From Penicillus capitatus (taxonomy: Eukaryota; Plantae; Chlorophyta), in contig OZ287699.1 in assembly GCA_965649825.1 (NCBI GenBank), positions 62,001 to 126,000 of the forward strand: a stretch of 64,000 nucleotides of DNA, given 5' to 3'. How positions within the stretch are numbered: position 1 is the first letter of the stretch; every line of letters begins with the position of its first letter. Below, piece after piece: positions 1 through 13,396 of the stretch. The position numbers were made by a program, and so were the translations under genes. Below the pieces are notes generated by a model that searched no databases, was not told the DNA's origin, and saw only the letters and a list, made by a program, of their open reading frames with translations.

Positions 1-871
1 GACAGCAATCTGCCACCCACATTCCTCGCTGTTTCCAAGTTCTATACGGTTAGCATTTCACACGTCTTTTCTGACACCTTAGTCTTTCAGCACTGACCGC
101 ATCCGAGCGTTCAAAATCATCCAATGGGTTTGGTTTCCACTGATCGTTCAGGATGAGCACAGCTGGGAGCAGCACATTGGGCCTGTCTGCCTTGCGGCAG
201 GCCAGATGTGCCATATCCGGTCCCTGTGTCCGGGGTATTCTAGGAAGATCACTTTGTGGACTCTATTGATGATGTTATCGTTGTCGTCGTTGTGAAGACT
301 GTCTTATCATTTGATTCGGATCGAATACCTTGTAACAGATCCTTGTTCTCTGGATCCAATACATCTGCGTCACCGTTTCGGCTCGAGATCGCTTTTTAAA
401 TAGCAGGCAAACAGACAACACATGGGATCAGTTAAGGAGATTGGGTCCGGAGAAGGCAGATTTCAGAGCAGAAAATAGCAAAGGAAACAGAAACCTAAGA
501 TGGACGGACGCCAAGATGCACGGATGATAACGAATCAGACTGCAGAAACACATCCACCGAGAATCAGCTTTATTGCTGCTAACTAGGACTATTCGGTAAC
601 GCTTGTTTGCATGTGTACTGCAAGGTGTTCCAACATTTCTGCCATGGATCGGCACAAACAAAAAGAGAAGGCATCATCCATCTTTCTTGCTTAGCTGGAT
701 CTTGACGAGTTGCTGGAAGGGAAATCGTTCAAATGTGTGTGTGGTCTTGTGTTGTATCTGGTTGGATGGACGACACAGTAAAAAGAAACATGCACGTCTT
801 TTTTAAAGGCGATGTGGAGTGAAGGGTCTCTCCTTGAGGGAGAACCCGTTCCAATGAAATATTGTTAGACC

Positions 872-2304
872 TCACACAGTCTCGGAGCAACAGTCACAGG
901 GGTCTGTGTTGTTGTGTTCGCTCTTGTCTGTTTGTTCAACGATCTCTGCTTTTAATACATCGGAATCTATCGAGGGCGCACTGGACAAAGAAAATGAAGA
1001 CATCTCCTGCCTAGCCGAAAACAAAACGGATGCCGAATCCCGTATTCGTCGATTCTCTTTCCAGATGTCTGAAAGACAGAACACACGACATCAGATGGGA
1101 CGGCAGTCCATAGGGGAGGGAGTCGTTACTTCTTATGCAGGCACTGGTGCTCAAGCCGTCTTCGATGTTGATGATTTTCACCAGACGCAAACACGTGTCG
1201 TCAGTTGAAGTAAAAGACAAGCATAGATCAAACAATGATGATCCGGCCGATTTATTAGTCACGGCCCAATTCGACGTCAAAACTGAATCGATTGGAAGTA
1301 TCTGCAACAGACAGACATGGCATAGGTGTGAGAGAGATGTCATTGGAATCGGCAGGTCGGTGAGTAGGTACCAATCGCACACTGCTTCCGTTTGGATCCT
1401 GCTGGAGTTCGGCTTTGGCTTCGTAGAGGTCCATCTCCAGCACTGGTTCATCGTGACCGGATTCATAGATGTGCATCGTTTTGCTGATGCGGCGAAGGTC
1501 CTGCAGTCGATCACAGCACGCGTAACGCGGAGCAATGAACACCAGATAGTCTTTCTCCAATCCAATTGTTTCCTCAGTTCCCTGTAGATGCACAGCAACA
1601 ACGCAGTGCGTTACTTCCTACTGAGAGGGCAGTGCAGATGCGCGTTACTTGAATTGTCAGGCTTCCTTTCAGCACCTCCTGGAAGAGTAGCTCTTCAGTC
1701 GTCATCAAACTACGATCACCACCACTGAGATCAGCCGCGGTAACGCGATTGCTATTCTCCACAAGAGGATTCGAATCTAGAATCGATCGGGCATCGCAAC
1801 ACAGAGCAGGCCGCCAAGGGCTTACGGTATTTGAGAAGAAGTTGTATGATTTCATTTGGCAGTTGGTTTGCGATGGCAAGATGCAAAGCAGTTCCTTTAT
1901 TCTTCTGTCTGTTTGTATGATACACATTCGCGCCATGTCGTAGCAACTGATGACACAGCACAGATCGATCCGGTAGGCCTTTTGAAAGAAGAAGGGTACC
2001 AGCTTCACGCATTCCGTATGGCCGTTCTCAGTTGCATTCATCAGTGGAGTATTGCCATTGACGTCTTCCCAGCTCAATGCTCTTACTTTGTCAATTTTCG
2101 ACAGGGACTTCAACAGTGACTGCGAATGGGAACAAAAGAGTGAGGAGAAAGAGTGAGGCGTCGGGTCTGGCGCACATCGAGGTCTTCGTGCTCGCCATCG
2201 GTTGCCCTTCTACAAATCTCATCGGGCAGCTGCGTTTCTTCTGGCGTACTATCAGTGCTGTCTTCGGTGCATTGAACTGCTGTCTGTTGACGAATCCAAT
2301 CCAT
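872..2304 (-). CDS. Ankyrin-repeat protein, XBAT34/35-like, copy A (no RING seen)
   Basis: Spliced exons: WEDVNGNTPLMNATENGHTECVKL / LLRHGANVYHTNRQKNKGTALHLAIAN / GADPFVENSNRVTAADL. 3' end uncertain. Confidence 0.7.
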
Positions 2305-2323
2305 CACTCTCAGATCCACGTCA

Positions 2324-3630
2324 TCAGATATACTTCCTATCAGAAAAGACGCTTCTCACAATCGACAGCCATGATGAATGTCCACCTCTCGCTTGCTGTC
2401 CGATTCGCATTTCGTCATCCTGATTTATGATCTCGAAGAAATCTCGCAAGGTCCAGGAGGCCCATCGCGGTATCCAAATGTGCATGACGGCACTGGATAC
2501 ATGCATGTTGAATGAGAGATCCTTCGCCAGACGTGCTCTCGATGCAGGAAATGTCTACCAACAGACAGGCACCCGTGTTAGACGACCGTTCTGTAAAGCG
2601 TGGAGGTGGTGACAAGTAATATGGATGCGATGTCCGGCGTTTCTTCGGTGAACCATTCCGCCTGTGCTCCCTTCAAGTCTACATAGGAGTGATCTTCTGA
2701 AGAATCGACCGAGCATATGTATAGTGTTCGCCCAATGCGGTGAAGTTGGTCTCCGCCAGTGCACTGCCACTCATAACGCGGTAGAATACAGACATCTCTC
2801 ATTGAAGTGCCACAATGACCACCCCCGACCTGAATCGCAGCCGGCATGGTATGTGTCTGTTGAGCGAGAGGGGCAATCACACTTGTATCGGAAGCGTCCT
2901 TCTAAAGAGACCGAGGTCGTTAAAAATACTGATGGCTGTCCAATTTGAATGCTGTCTTGCCAGATCCCATGCAGTCGTGTGGAAATTGTTCTCTATAAAC
3001 GGATTCGCCCCTAAACCATCCAGCTTCGAGTCAATGGCATAGGTCCATCACTTCCTGGACCCTTCACCTTTCGAAAGGAGAGCATAGATAATTCGAGGTG
3101 ACAGTTTTTTGCGAACGGCGATGTGCAGAGCGCTGCCTTCATCTTTCCCATGACTCATATGCAATACATTGGCTCCTCTGTCAATCAACTAAACGGCCAG
3201 AGCCTTCTCAGAAGCACGTCCAATGGCATAGTATCCCTACGATTTTCATGCATTCCGTATATCCTTCCTTTGCTGCAATGATGAGAGGAGTGCGATTCGA
3301 GTCGTCCATCCACGACAACCATTTTGAAACATGCTCTCTTTTTGCTGTTTCCAGAAGTCTCTACAGAGCAGCACCACACGTCCGTTATACATGCCCGTCA
3401 GTCTTCCTGCCGTGTATTGCCTTCAGTTCATCTGCTTTGCCTTTCTTGACAAGGCTGTAGGCTGAATCGCCAATAGTCGTAGCTACTGCCGCTGAGATTT
3501 TTTTGGTCACTTCGGGCGGGAGCTTAGGCGGCGGTCGTTTGGCGTCACGTTTTCGAAATCTGTTCGCCGGTTTTCTCTTCCTGAAACCGAAGCAGAAGCA
3601 AGAGACTGTGGAACCACTTTCCATCAGCAT
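2324..3630 (-). CDS. Ankyrin-repeat protein, XBAT34/35-like, copy B (no RING seen)
   Basis: Manual translation: WMDDSNRTPLIIAAKEGYTECMKI / LIDRGANVLHMSHGKDEGSALHIAVRK / GANPFIENNFHTTAWDLAR, same exon layout as neighbours. Confidence 0.7.
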
Positions 3631-4203
3631 TCGCCGACGCAATCAACAGTTTCTCGGTACACCGGGACGGCAACAGACTCAGATTTCGTGGCGAGATCCA
3701 CCCAGGAACGCCGCAATAAAGTCAATCACGAATCCGTTCTCAACGCGAGCGATGCAGACAAAAAACACGGGGAGGGATGAGCGTCTTTTCACAAGCTTTA
3801 CAACCAAATCCCTGCTAAGATTAACCGCCGCCATTCTGACGTACTACCTTTTCGGATTTGTGGGATCTATAAAGTGTGAGACAACGGAAACATCACAAAA
3901 GCAAGACGTTGCAGTTTCAAATCGAGGATACTCAGTCCGTTATGAAATAAGGAGTCACCTAATGGGCAGAAGTAAGGGAAAAACACTCCATACACGTGGT
4001 TATTTCATTGTTCTGTCAGTTTATGACACAGATAGATGATAGATACTCCCAAAGAATGATGGCAAAGAAAGAAGAAACTCAGACGTTTGGATAGGTAGGT
4101 AGGTGCCAACCGATGGTGGATGTCAGAAACCGCACCAATGACCAAGGCGTTCGTGGTGGATGGGGATGCAAAGAATGATGATCCAATGCGCATGCTGTGC
4201 TCA

Positions 4204-6011
4204 TCAGTAGATCTTCATAACGATATGTTCGATGGCCTCTCGACACAGTGGACATCGATTTGAACTTCTGGCCACGATGTCTGCACAGGTTTCGCAGACG
4301 CAAATATGCATGCTATGAAAAGAACAGCCTTTATAGAGATCGATAGAGATGTTGCCAGTTACCTTTTTCCATGTACAAATCCTACAGTCTTAGGTTTGTC
4401 GAGGCAGATAACGCATGAGTGGCTCTCGTCTGTCGATCTTTGGCGTTGAACAGAGCCTTGCGTTAACATCTTGGCTTCGTAGCACGACACTGCCGAGACA
4501 CTGTCAGCTAGATCACGGAGACATTGGACAGACCGTGTGTCTTTATTCTTCTGTTCTTACTAAAATTCAAGGGCTTACTCCCAGCCAAACCGTGAGGACG
4601 TGTGTTCCTGTAACAGATTCAGATTGAACGTGCGTGGTTGCATGTGTGTACGTACTCATCAGAATGTAAGCTTAACGTCAGGGGACTGGAAGATAGAGAA
4701 GAGTCTTCCACGAGGGATAGTTCGTCAAAACTTGATTCCAAAAGAGGTGAGATACAGTCTCGTTCTCCGTTGTCACTGTCATCATTTGTGTGAACTACAG
4801 ACCACACACGTATAAAGAAGACAGACGTCATGAGCGACAAAGGGGCATCGCTCGCTGATTGTTGCCTGCGGTGACACTGGGATAGATGTGGATATTGTTG
4901 ACAATGCTCAGAAAGTCATCGAGAACCTTCGTTCTTCCTCGCAGCCACAGAACGGCACGTTCTCTTTGGCGCAGATTGCCCATCGTGTACGCATCGCACA
5001 TGAGGATGTTGTCGGATGGGCAGGTCTAGAAAGGTCCAATGAGTGAAGGGACTTGAGATGGAGAGAGACATACCAACAGAGCGTACGAAAAGCCGTCGTG
5101 TTCGTGGACAATGGCATCTGCAACGGATCCTTGCAGATCCATCTCGCACACCGTTTCACCATGAACTCTCCAGTGTATACACAAACGAAGACCGATCAAG
5201 CGTTTTCCGCGGCGATGATCATATTGGCGGTAACGAGGAATGATTCTCACCCAAAAGGATTTGAGATCATCATCATCATCAGGTCCGAAACGATTGGAAT
5301 CCTAAATCGAGACAAAAGAGTGCGATCGATAGCAATGGACGTGCAGATCGATGCATACAGACCTTGATGCAGAGCAATCCCTCAAACAATGCAAAACTGG
5401 CAAACATAACACTACAAGAGTGTCCGTTTGACAGACTGATGTCCCACGGTGTTATTCCAGCATCATTCACGACAAAAGGATCGGCTCCTGGATCCATGAG
5501 TTCGGATTCTATCAAGAGACTTTGGATGAGGAGGTGCCTTGACGAACCGTGACACAGCAGTTGATGGATGACGGTTTTGGGTCGATTCAGAAAAACGGCG
5601 AGATGTAGCGCCGTGCCGCCAGGACGCAATGTGCACATGTGATCCACGTTTGCTCCTCGACTCAGCAACTGCGTCATCGCTCGTGGAGAAACAGAAGAAC
5701 AGAATCGTAAGCAGACCATTGTGATGCAATCAGTGTGGCCTTCTTGTGTTGCCATTATCAAAGCAGTGCGTTCGAAGTCGTCTGTCCATTCCAACATCTG
5801 TTCCTTCGTCAGCTCATCACAGAGAATCAAGATGTCCTGCGAAAAGACAGATGTGATGGTCTCGTTATCGATGTTGGTCTCCCACTCTTAGGTCATCCGT
5901 GTATCCTCGTGCAGCTGCCTGATAGATGGCATCGGGAGAAAACTGTTGGACAGTTCGTTCAGCAACGATAGGCAAGGTGCACTCCAGTGGGTCAGGAGCC
6001 TGTTCAGACAT
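4204..6011 (-). CDS. Ankyrin + C-terminal C2H2C4 RING E3 ligase, XBAT34/35-like, copy C
   Basis: ANK: ERTALIMATQEGHTDC, GANVDHMCTLRPGGTALHLAV, GADPFVVNDAGITPWD. RING: CVICLDKPKTVGFVHGK|SMHICVCETC...CPLCREAIEHIVMKIY*. Confidence 0.8.
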
Positions 6012-6425
6012 AGGAAGAAATGACCCGCAGTAAAATCCCGCGCCGGCGACGTCACTGAATCGTGGACCAGACAAATATCTTAAAGGGTATCGGGGGCGAC
6101 AGTTTAGAGGTTCCTGTTCGAGCGCTACGCTGCTGAATGTGCTAATAGGACTTCTCTGAACGAAGAAGGAAAATTGTGTACTGGATCATTCAGGTAGGGT
6201 CAATCTATTGACGGTTACATAGTGTTTCGTCTTCTACTCTAGCGACATAGTGACCACCACCACCATTCACTGACAGGAATCAAGATACAAAGCTCAAACC
6301 GTATCTATCATATCTTTTTTTATCACTGTCTTTTCTCAGTGACTTTATCTGCAGCTACACGACGATACTCAAAATCCTTGCTAAGAAAAACATGGGGCCA
6401 TCATTTGACCACAACTTAGGCCTAG

Positions 6426-8203
6426 TCAATTTGCATAGAAGTCTGTGATGATATTGTCGACACTCATGCGGCACAGAGGACAGCAACAGTTGCCAGATTC
6501 CCACAAATGCCTAGCACATTTCTTGCAGACACACCAATGTACACTACAGAACATCCACCACACGCGTTGTTACGCGACAGCCATGATTTCTGAACCTGTT
6601 TCCGTGCGCAAAGCCGGCCGATGTCGGCGCGTCCAGGCAGACGATGCACAGATCTGCCCGGCCATTTTCCGTATGTTTATCTTGCGGTTGTTGCGAGGAA
6701 GAAGACGATCCTTCAGCTGCTGCTGCTGCTATTTCATTCTCTGCCATACAGGCCAACGCGTTCAGCAATCCATCTCTCCAATACACACATGCTCACTTAT
6801 TGCATTCTCCATTTCTGGAGATTGGCAGTGTTCATCGACATACCCCGATCCAGATGTCGAAGGACCAGCTCCGTTCGATCTGCACAAAAGAACATGCATC
6901 GGCATGAATAGATATAGCCACGGCGCTTCTTACGATGATGCTTGTGCAGCGAGGCGTGCTTCCTGTTGTAGAAGATCTCTGTCCAACTCATCTTGTAATC
7001 GTTTCGCCAATTCAAGATCCTCTTCGTAAGACGTTCCTGCGATGGCAGTCCTAAACAGCCGTTTCGGAACAGCCGATCGAATCGCACTGTGTGGACGGTC
7101 TGCCAATATGGAAACGGCATCCCTCTCTCCTTTGATGGCCTTGACAAGAGTGACCAGTGCTTTGTCGGAGCCGCTTAAGAATATCCTGCCCCTTCCGGTC
7201 TGATGGACAAGATACTTGGACAGCTGCGTGGTGACATCGGACGATATGGGTGTCAATACGACTTCCATCCCCATATCGTCATCGTGTCGCATCATCACCT
7301 CCGCATGATCGATCTTGACTTGGAAGTAGGGCTCGGAATAGTCTCTGTCTTCAAAAACAAGAAGCCAGGTCGACAGGTACTGTTGCTCTCTGGATGCACG
7401 AGACCCGGCGAAACGGGGAATCACGGATATCCATCGACGCTCCCAATGTGTGCCATTAGTCTTGGGCGTTGGCACCTAATCTCCATATGCCCCATCCGTA
7501 TTCGATGTGCTATCGTCTCATCGATTGCGTTACTTTGCACAACAGGTATTCTCGAAATCTTCCCGCATGCTCAAAACTGCGAAAGAGGGATGCATCACCG
7601 CGGCGAACAGCCATGTCCCACGGGGTCAGTTTTGCCACATTCTCGACGAACGGATTGGCCCCTGAGGCAACCAACCATCCACCAAATCTCACACGGTCTC
7701 TATCTTCTCAGCTTACCGTTTTGAAGCAACAGAGAAATGACGTTCTTGGGTATCCATGCTTGTACAGCTTCGTGCAGGGCTGTACCTCCCTTAGGCGTCC
7801 ATCCCATGTGATGAACATCGGCTCCATGTGTCAGCAACTGTAACCAAACACAGGCGTCAGAAATCGTGTGCGGTTTCAAATGTGTAAACCGCCGCTGACC
7901 TTGATAACACATGCGATGTGACCACGACTCACAGCCATGACCAACGGTGTCTTCCCTTTCGAATCTTCAGCATTGATCAGATTCTCTCTCTCGGGGAGGT
8001 CGAGAGCCAGTAGAAGCAATTCCTATGATGACAACAGAAAACGATGTTCACTGGACCTCCTCCGTGCACAAGACCTCAAGTTTTGCCGCATCTCCGGATT
8101 TCGCGGCTTTGTATATGGACGTTGCGGTGGCTTCGGATGGAGGTTGTCGAAAACTGCGGAAACAAGAGGAGACGCGTTGTCGAAGCCACGTGTTTCGTTT
8201 CAT
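6426..8203 (-). CDS. Ankyrin + C-terminal C2H2C4 RING E3 ligase, XBAT34/35-like, copy D
   Basis: ANK: GKTPLVMAVSRGHIAC, GADVHHMGWTPKGGTALHEAV, GANPFVENVAKLTPWD. RING: CIVCLDAPTSAGFAHGN|SVHWCVCKKC...CPLCRMSVDNIITDFYAN*. Confidence 0.8.
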
Positions 8204-8616
8204 CGATTCTCAGTCCAGACGTGACAGCTGGTGAACGGGGCACCATTTTGCCGTCTCCTTTCCCGTTTCGAAGCAGATTCCCTCCGCGCTTCATCAGAAA
8301 CTTCTCACGGCGAACAGCTGCCCAACCACGTACACAGGTCCGTCCGCGATTCCCACCCGTGTGCGTCTCCACGCCATGGCGGCTCGGAAGGATGATCTAC
8401 GTGCGACCTATCCGAAAGAGTGACCGAACAGCACTCTATTGACGACACATCTTCTTTCCCAAACTGACCAGAGATCCACCGAATGGCATCGCGCACGTTC
8501 GCTTCACTGGCCATCTGCTTGGATGATGAAAAATGTCCACATGAGATGAGAATCTCATTTGATTACACTTGCTGTCTAGCTGACAACAGTGGCTACGGGT
8601 ACGGTGATCCGTTTGA

Positions 8617-9741
8617 TCACTTGGCAGCTTTCGTCAGTGACGTTCGGATCTTGCGTGCATCGTATCTCTCTTCGATACCCATCTTCTCACATGCATCATC
8701 CATCGTCTCCTGAGCATGTTCCACGATCATAGCCAACTCCCTCTGCGTCTGTCACATCACACACAACGCACATCAGACTGTGCATCCATCCAAAAAAAGC
8801 CGCCACTCTACGTTTTCGAAGAGGATCTCTTCGTCCTCCATCGGCTCTTCGAGGCCGTACTCGTTCATCAGTTCCTAGAGGCAGAACGTGCCGACCGTCG
8901 TGCGAGATGTGTCTAACCTCATGCTTCGTATCGAACAATGACCATCCGACTGGCTCTGGATTCGTCTCTGTCGGGAACGTGAGTGGGGCACCCACTTCAT
9001 TCTCGACCTCCGAAACGATTTCCATCATGGACTATGCAAAAGACATCCAGTGTCATCGACGCAATCGCATGTATTGATCTAAGAGATCCATCTACCTCGA
9101 AGAGACCTTCTCCCCATACAGGCTCCAAGTCTTTCACCCATTTTCGCACACTGTCTTGCGAACTGGCCAACTTCTCATCCATCAACATCTCCATCACTTC
9201 GACCTTGTCTGGAATCTCGCACTGTAAGGTAGTTAGAGATCCATATCCAAATCCATAATATAGGGGATGGATCCGACCTCTTCTCGAAGCTTGGTCATTG
9301 TGTCGTGGAATTTCTTGACCTTCTCTTCGTTTCCATCCAACGGAATGTCGATATCCTGTGCCAAAACCACGCGAGGAATTTACCAAAGCCTAACTGGCGT
9401 GAAATCGACCCTCCGCGCTTCGAAGAACTTTTGATATTTCTTCTGGATTTCGATAAAGCTCTCGCGCACCATCGTGTCCACATCCATAACTGCCAATCAG
9501 CACATGCAATCGGTTTCAGATCGAGATCGCGTCTTCCGTGCGCCGGTACATTTTTCGAAAAAGTCAGTAGGTTGCGAACTGGTCTCGTCCGTCGCCAAGC
9601 GTCGAATCGACGAGGCGTCAGATACAAAGACGCTGCTGGCGGGCAGCCATTGCGAAGCAACCTGCACACCTCATATATCCCTGCCGATCTCCAATGCAAG
9701 ACAGAACGCACGTATTTGGCGAAGCGCAGTCGAGCCAACAT
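8617..9741 (-). CDS. Mitochondrial ATP synthase 24 kDa (FAd) subunit-like
   Basis: Presequence-like start MLARLRFAKY; VDTMVRESFIEIQKKYQ...DIPLDGNEEKVKKFHDTMTKLREEVG and MMEIVSEVENEVGAPL recall plant FAd/MGP1. Confidence 0.65.
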
Positions 9742-9750
9742 TCTCAAAAG

Positions 9751-9828
9751 TCGATCGATTCGACAATGATCGGCATTTCGATCGATCCATTTCGACAATG
9801 ATTGGCATTTCGATCGATCCATTTCGAT
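9751..9828. repeat. ~33 bp imperfect tandem repeat (about 2.5 copies), CGATCG/TCGA-rich
   Basis: Unit tcgatcgatccatttcgacaatgat(c/t)ggcattt is visibly repeated. Confidence 0.85.
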
Positions 9829-9935
9829 ATCTTCCAAATTCGATCGAAATGTCTTTTCGCATAAATGGTCACTCTCTCACACAGCGACAGGCAAAAAATA
9901 AACAACATAAAGAACAAACAGGAAACGATAAAGAA

Positions 9936-11529
9936 TCAGAGGCGGGAGAGTACATAGTCAAAAGCATCCACGATGAAATGACCATCAGCTTCGGTCAGAC
10001 ATAGAGGTGGCTTCACACGGAGCACATTACCAGTCATGCCTCCTTTCCCCACCAACAGATCGGCATGACGGAGTTGTTCCATCACTTCTGCCGTTTCGGC
10101 CGATGCCGGTTCTTTTGTCTTCCTGTCTTTTACCAGTTCGATGCCGATCATCAATCCTTCGCCTCTGACATCGCCAATGACATCATACTTCTCCTGCAAC
10201 TGGGTGATGCCATCCTTGATAATGGATCCCACTCTCTTCGCATTCTCCTGCAATCCTTCTTGCTCGATCACCCGAAGCACCGCTCGTGCACCCGCGACAA
10301 TCGGAGGCGTCGATCCAAACGTGTTGAAATACATTTTGCCTGCAGACAGCGCGCTGGTTGATGTGACAGCGACAGGATATGCGAGGCACCAAGCATGCTG
10401 TTGGCGATATCTTTGCGCGTGACAACGGCGGCGAGGGGCACACCGTTGCCAATGGCTTTGGCCATAGTGACGATGTCTGGAACAACATCATGGTTCTGAA
10501 ATCCCCAAAGATTCTTTCCCGTTCTCCCAAATCCCGTCTGCACTTCGTCCGAAATGCAAACGCCTCCCGCCTGACGAACGACATCGTAAGCCTGCTTCAC
10601 ATAGCCATCCAACAACGTATAGGACCCTGCCGACGTTGCCACTCTTCAGCAAGGCCTCCATTCAATGTACATGCATCACTATACCTCCGGCTCCTTGAAT
10701 TGGCTCACAGAAAAAACCAGCGATCTTTCCGGCGGTACTGGCAGCGATGACCTCTTTCAATTCTTGGATATACAGCTCCACGTTGTTTCCATGAATGCCA
10801 CGGTAGGAGTTGGGAATGGACACTCTGTGAATTCCAAATCCCTGCGGAAGTGGCTGTTTCCAATTGCCCATTCCCGTCAAGCCCATTGTGGCCTGACTCA
10901 TTCCATGATAACCATTGCGCAATGCAATGATGTCAAAACTCTCGGTATAGCAACGCGCCAACATCATCGCCAGATCATTCGCTTCCGATCCGGACTGGAC
11001 CAAAAAAATGTGATCCAACGGATCCGGAAATTTAGACGTCAGTTCTTTGGCATACAGAGCAAGTTCTGGATGCAAATACGCTGTCGTCGCATGCCCCAGT
11101 GTCTCATGCTGTTCACAGATGATCGAGTTATGGACACAGAGAGAGAGCATCATGTGTGTTGCTGACCTGTTTCTGAATGGCTGAGACGACGGTTGGGTGA
11201 CAATGTCCAACAGAGACTGTCGCAATACCCGCGATACCATCGAGGTACCGTCTGCCGCTTTCGTCATAGAGGTATTGCTGCTTTCCCTCGACGAGCATGA
11301 GCGGTTTCTTGTAAAAAGTGAAGATCGTCTTGGAGATGTGTGCCCTGCGCAACTGATGCACTTCCTCGTAAGAGGGCCCTGTATAGGGCTTCGGTGCATA
11401 ATCGAAGTCTGGCAGCTGAGGCTTGGTCGACGGCAACGGGTCCGCTTGAGAAGGAAGAGCGGCGAAGGATCTCGAAAGGACACGACCGAACGCTGAACAG
11501 GCGATACCGCCAAACCTCTGACGCAGCAT
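9936..11529 (-). CDS. AGXT2: Alanine-glyoxylate aminotransferase 2 (class III PLP aminotransferase), mitochondrial
   Basis: [75 protein letters not shown]. Confidence 0.95.
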
Positions 11530-11683
11530 TGTGGGAGAAACGCAAATGGTCAGGCAGCCACAGGTAAGAATGTGCGACGATGATGGGACGTCGATCGGGG
11601 CGTAGCGCAAGAGATAGATGTTCAAAAAAGGCAAAATCGTCCAATGAAGTGCGGAATCAAGAGACGCGCAGGATTCGTCTGTG

Positions 11684-12558
11684 TCAATGACCCAGGCCAT
11701 CACAATAGGCATCGTAGGCACTCTTGTCGAGCAAGGAAGACACCTCGTCCTCCGATTGCAGCTTCACCTTCATCATCCAGCCATCCGAAAAGGGCGATTT
11801 GTTGATCTACATCATCCCACATGACGGTTAGGACGACGAAGAGTGAAGAGACATGGGTGCTTACCAGTTGTGGCTCTTCTTCTAGTTTGTTGTTGACCTC
11901 GAGGACGCTTCCGGACACCGGAGAGAAGATATCGCTCGCTGCCTGTACAGAACAATCGACAGTGAGTAGACAGCGCTTCTCAGATTCGACAGGGGCATTG
12001 TGCAATGTCCGATCTCGATCGACGCGAATTAACGGCGATCAAGTGGAGAGACATTGCTACTTTGATCTATGCCTCGCAGGATGTGCTCTTTTCCATGACA
12101 TCGGAAAAAAGCGCACGATGTTCAGGCACCCACGCGCAGGGCATCACTGAGGAGAGCGTGCGTTACCTTGACGGATTCCACGACGCCAAAGATCTGCCCT
12201 TTCTTGACTTCCTCGCCGACCTCCGGCAATTCAACAAAGACGACGTCTCCTAGTTCATTCTACACATCCAGCAGACGGTGGTGTTGTCTTCTATGGAGTG
12301 TAGGAACCTGAGCGTAGTCCGATATCCCCACAGTCGCTTCCTGTGCATTGGCGTTCGTCTTATTGAGCCACTCGTGTGACTTGGAAAAGCGATATCCGTC
12401 AGCTGTGACAACCCCCGCAGATCTGAGCGCGTCAGGGGAGAGGCTGGCTCACGTGTCGTGCTGAAGAACTTGAAGGCGGTGCGGCAAAATTCGGACTCGG
12501 CGACTGCCGTGCTGCCAAAACGATAAGGCAATTCGGCTAAGACGCGACGCAAGGCCAT
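11684..12558 (-). CDS. GCSH: Glycine cleavage system H protein
   Basis: [13 protein letters not shown]|[14 protein letters not shown], lipoyl motif GVVESVK|[26 protein letters not shown]. Confidence 0.95.
11996..12130 (-). ncRNA. Candidate intronic box H/ACA snoRNA
   Basis: Hairpin-H box (AGATCA)-hairpin-ACA+3 nt, with 14 nt pocket-to-box spacing in both halves, inside the unusually long GCSH intron. Confidence 0.75.
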
Positions 12559-12771
12559 GGCGTTCACGATCACTTCAGCACACGGCGTTTGGCGTTTGGC
12601 ACCAGTGTGATGGGATCACAGACGTTCGCTCACCGCTCTCTTTGCACGCTGTGACGCAGAGGATCGGCAACGCCAGCCACCTCGAAAATGTAGTGAACGA
12701 AGAGGGATCGCCTCGCACGCACGCACGCACACGCTTGGAGGAGGCAGTGATGGGACGTCTTTTCAGCACTG

Positions 12772-13396
12772 TCATTTCGATATTGGTTGAATACGAAAAT
12801 GCGAATTCATCAACGTAAACACCAAGCATTTCAGATCTTGGACAAGGTAATAGAACACACGCAGTCCTTCGGGATCGTTGCTCTCCAGAATCTGATTGAC
12901 AGTGCCGATCTTGGTCGTGCGAAATGAGACGTGCTGATTGCCTGTCGCATGTACAGAATGCCTTCCATACGAGACAACCGTTGGGAATGGCGCGTGACAT
13001 ACCGAGCACGATTTCGAGTTCCTGTCTTCCCACTCTGTCCTCCTTGGGCCACATGGTGTCCACTTCCTTGATAATCTATGCACACACGCAGACATGGAGA
13101 GTGGGGTACCCCATTCCCATACCATGTCTTCTGCCAAACCTGCGATTCTTCGACAATATCGCGCAGTTGTTCGAGAACGGTCGGCGAGACGAAGACCTCC
13201 TTGCGAATCATCTTGTCCTTTTTGTACTCGGAGTTGTTGGCATAGCGCAGCTAGACATCGGACATCGTTCGATGCTGTCGGACGACGCCTCTCGACGCAC
13301 CTTTCCATCGGGGCGAAACTCGAATTCGAGAAACTCGTGTCCGAATTTGCCTTCGTGGCCAACGTAGTAACGAACGTAGAAGTCTTCGTGCGCCAT
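12772..13396 (-). CDS. MAGO: Mago nashi (exon junction complex core)
   Basis: [67 protein letters not shown]. Confidence 0.97.

Noticed and set aside
1-430. Possible partial gene at the window start
   Set aside because: Intron-like signals are present but no frame gave a recognisable product.
3503-4039. Long antisense or overlapping ORFs in the track (also 6445-7029+, 32633-33262+, 37274-37858+, 51541-52146-)
   Set aside because: Shadows of real genes on the opposite strand with no motifs.
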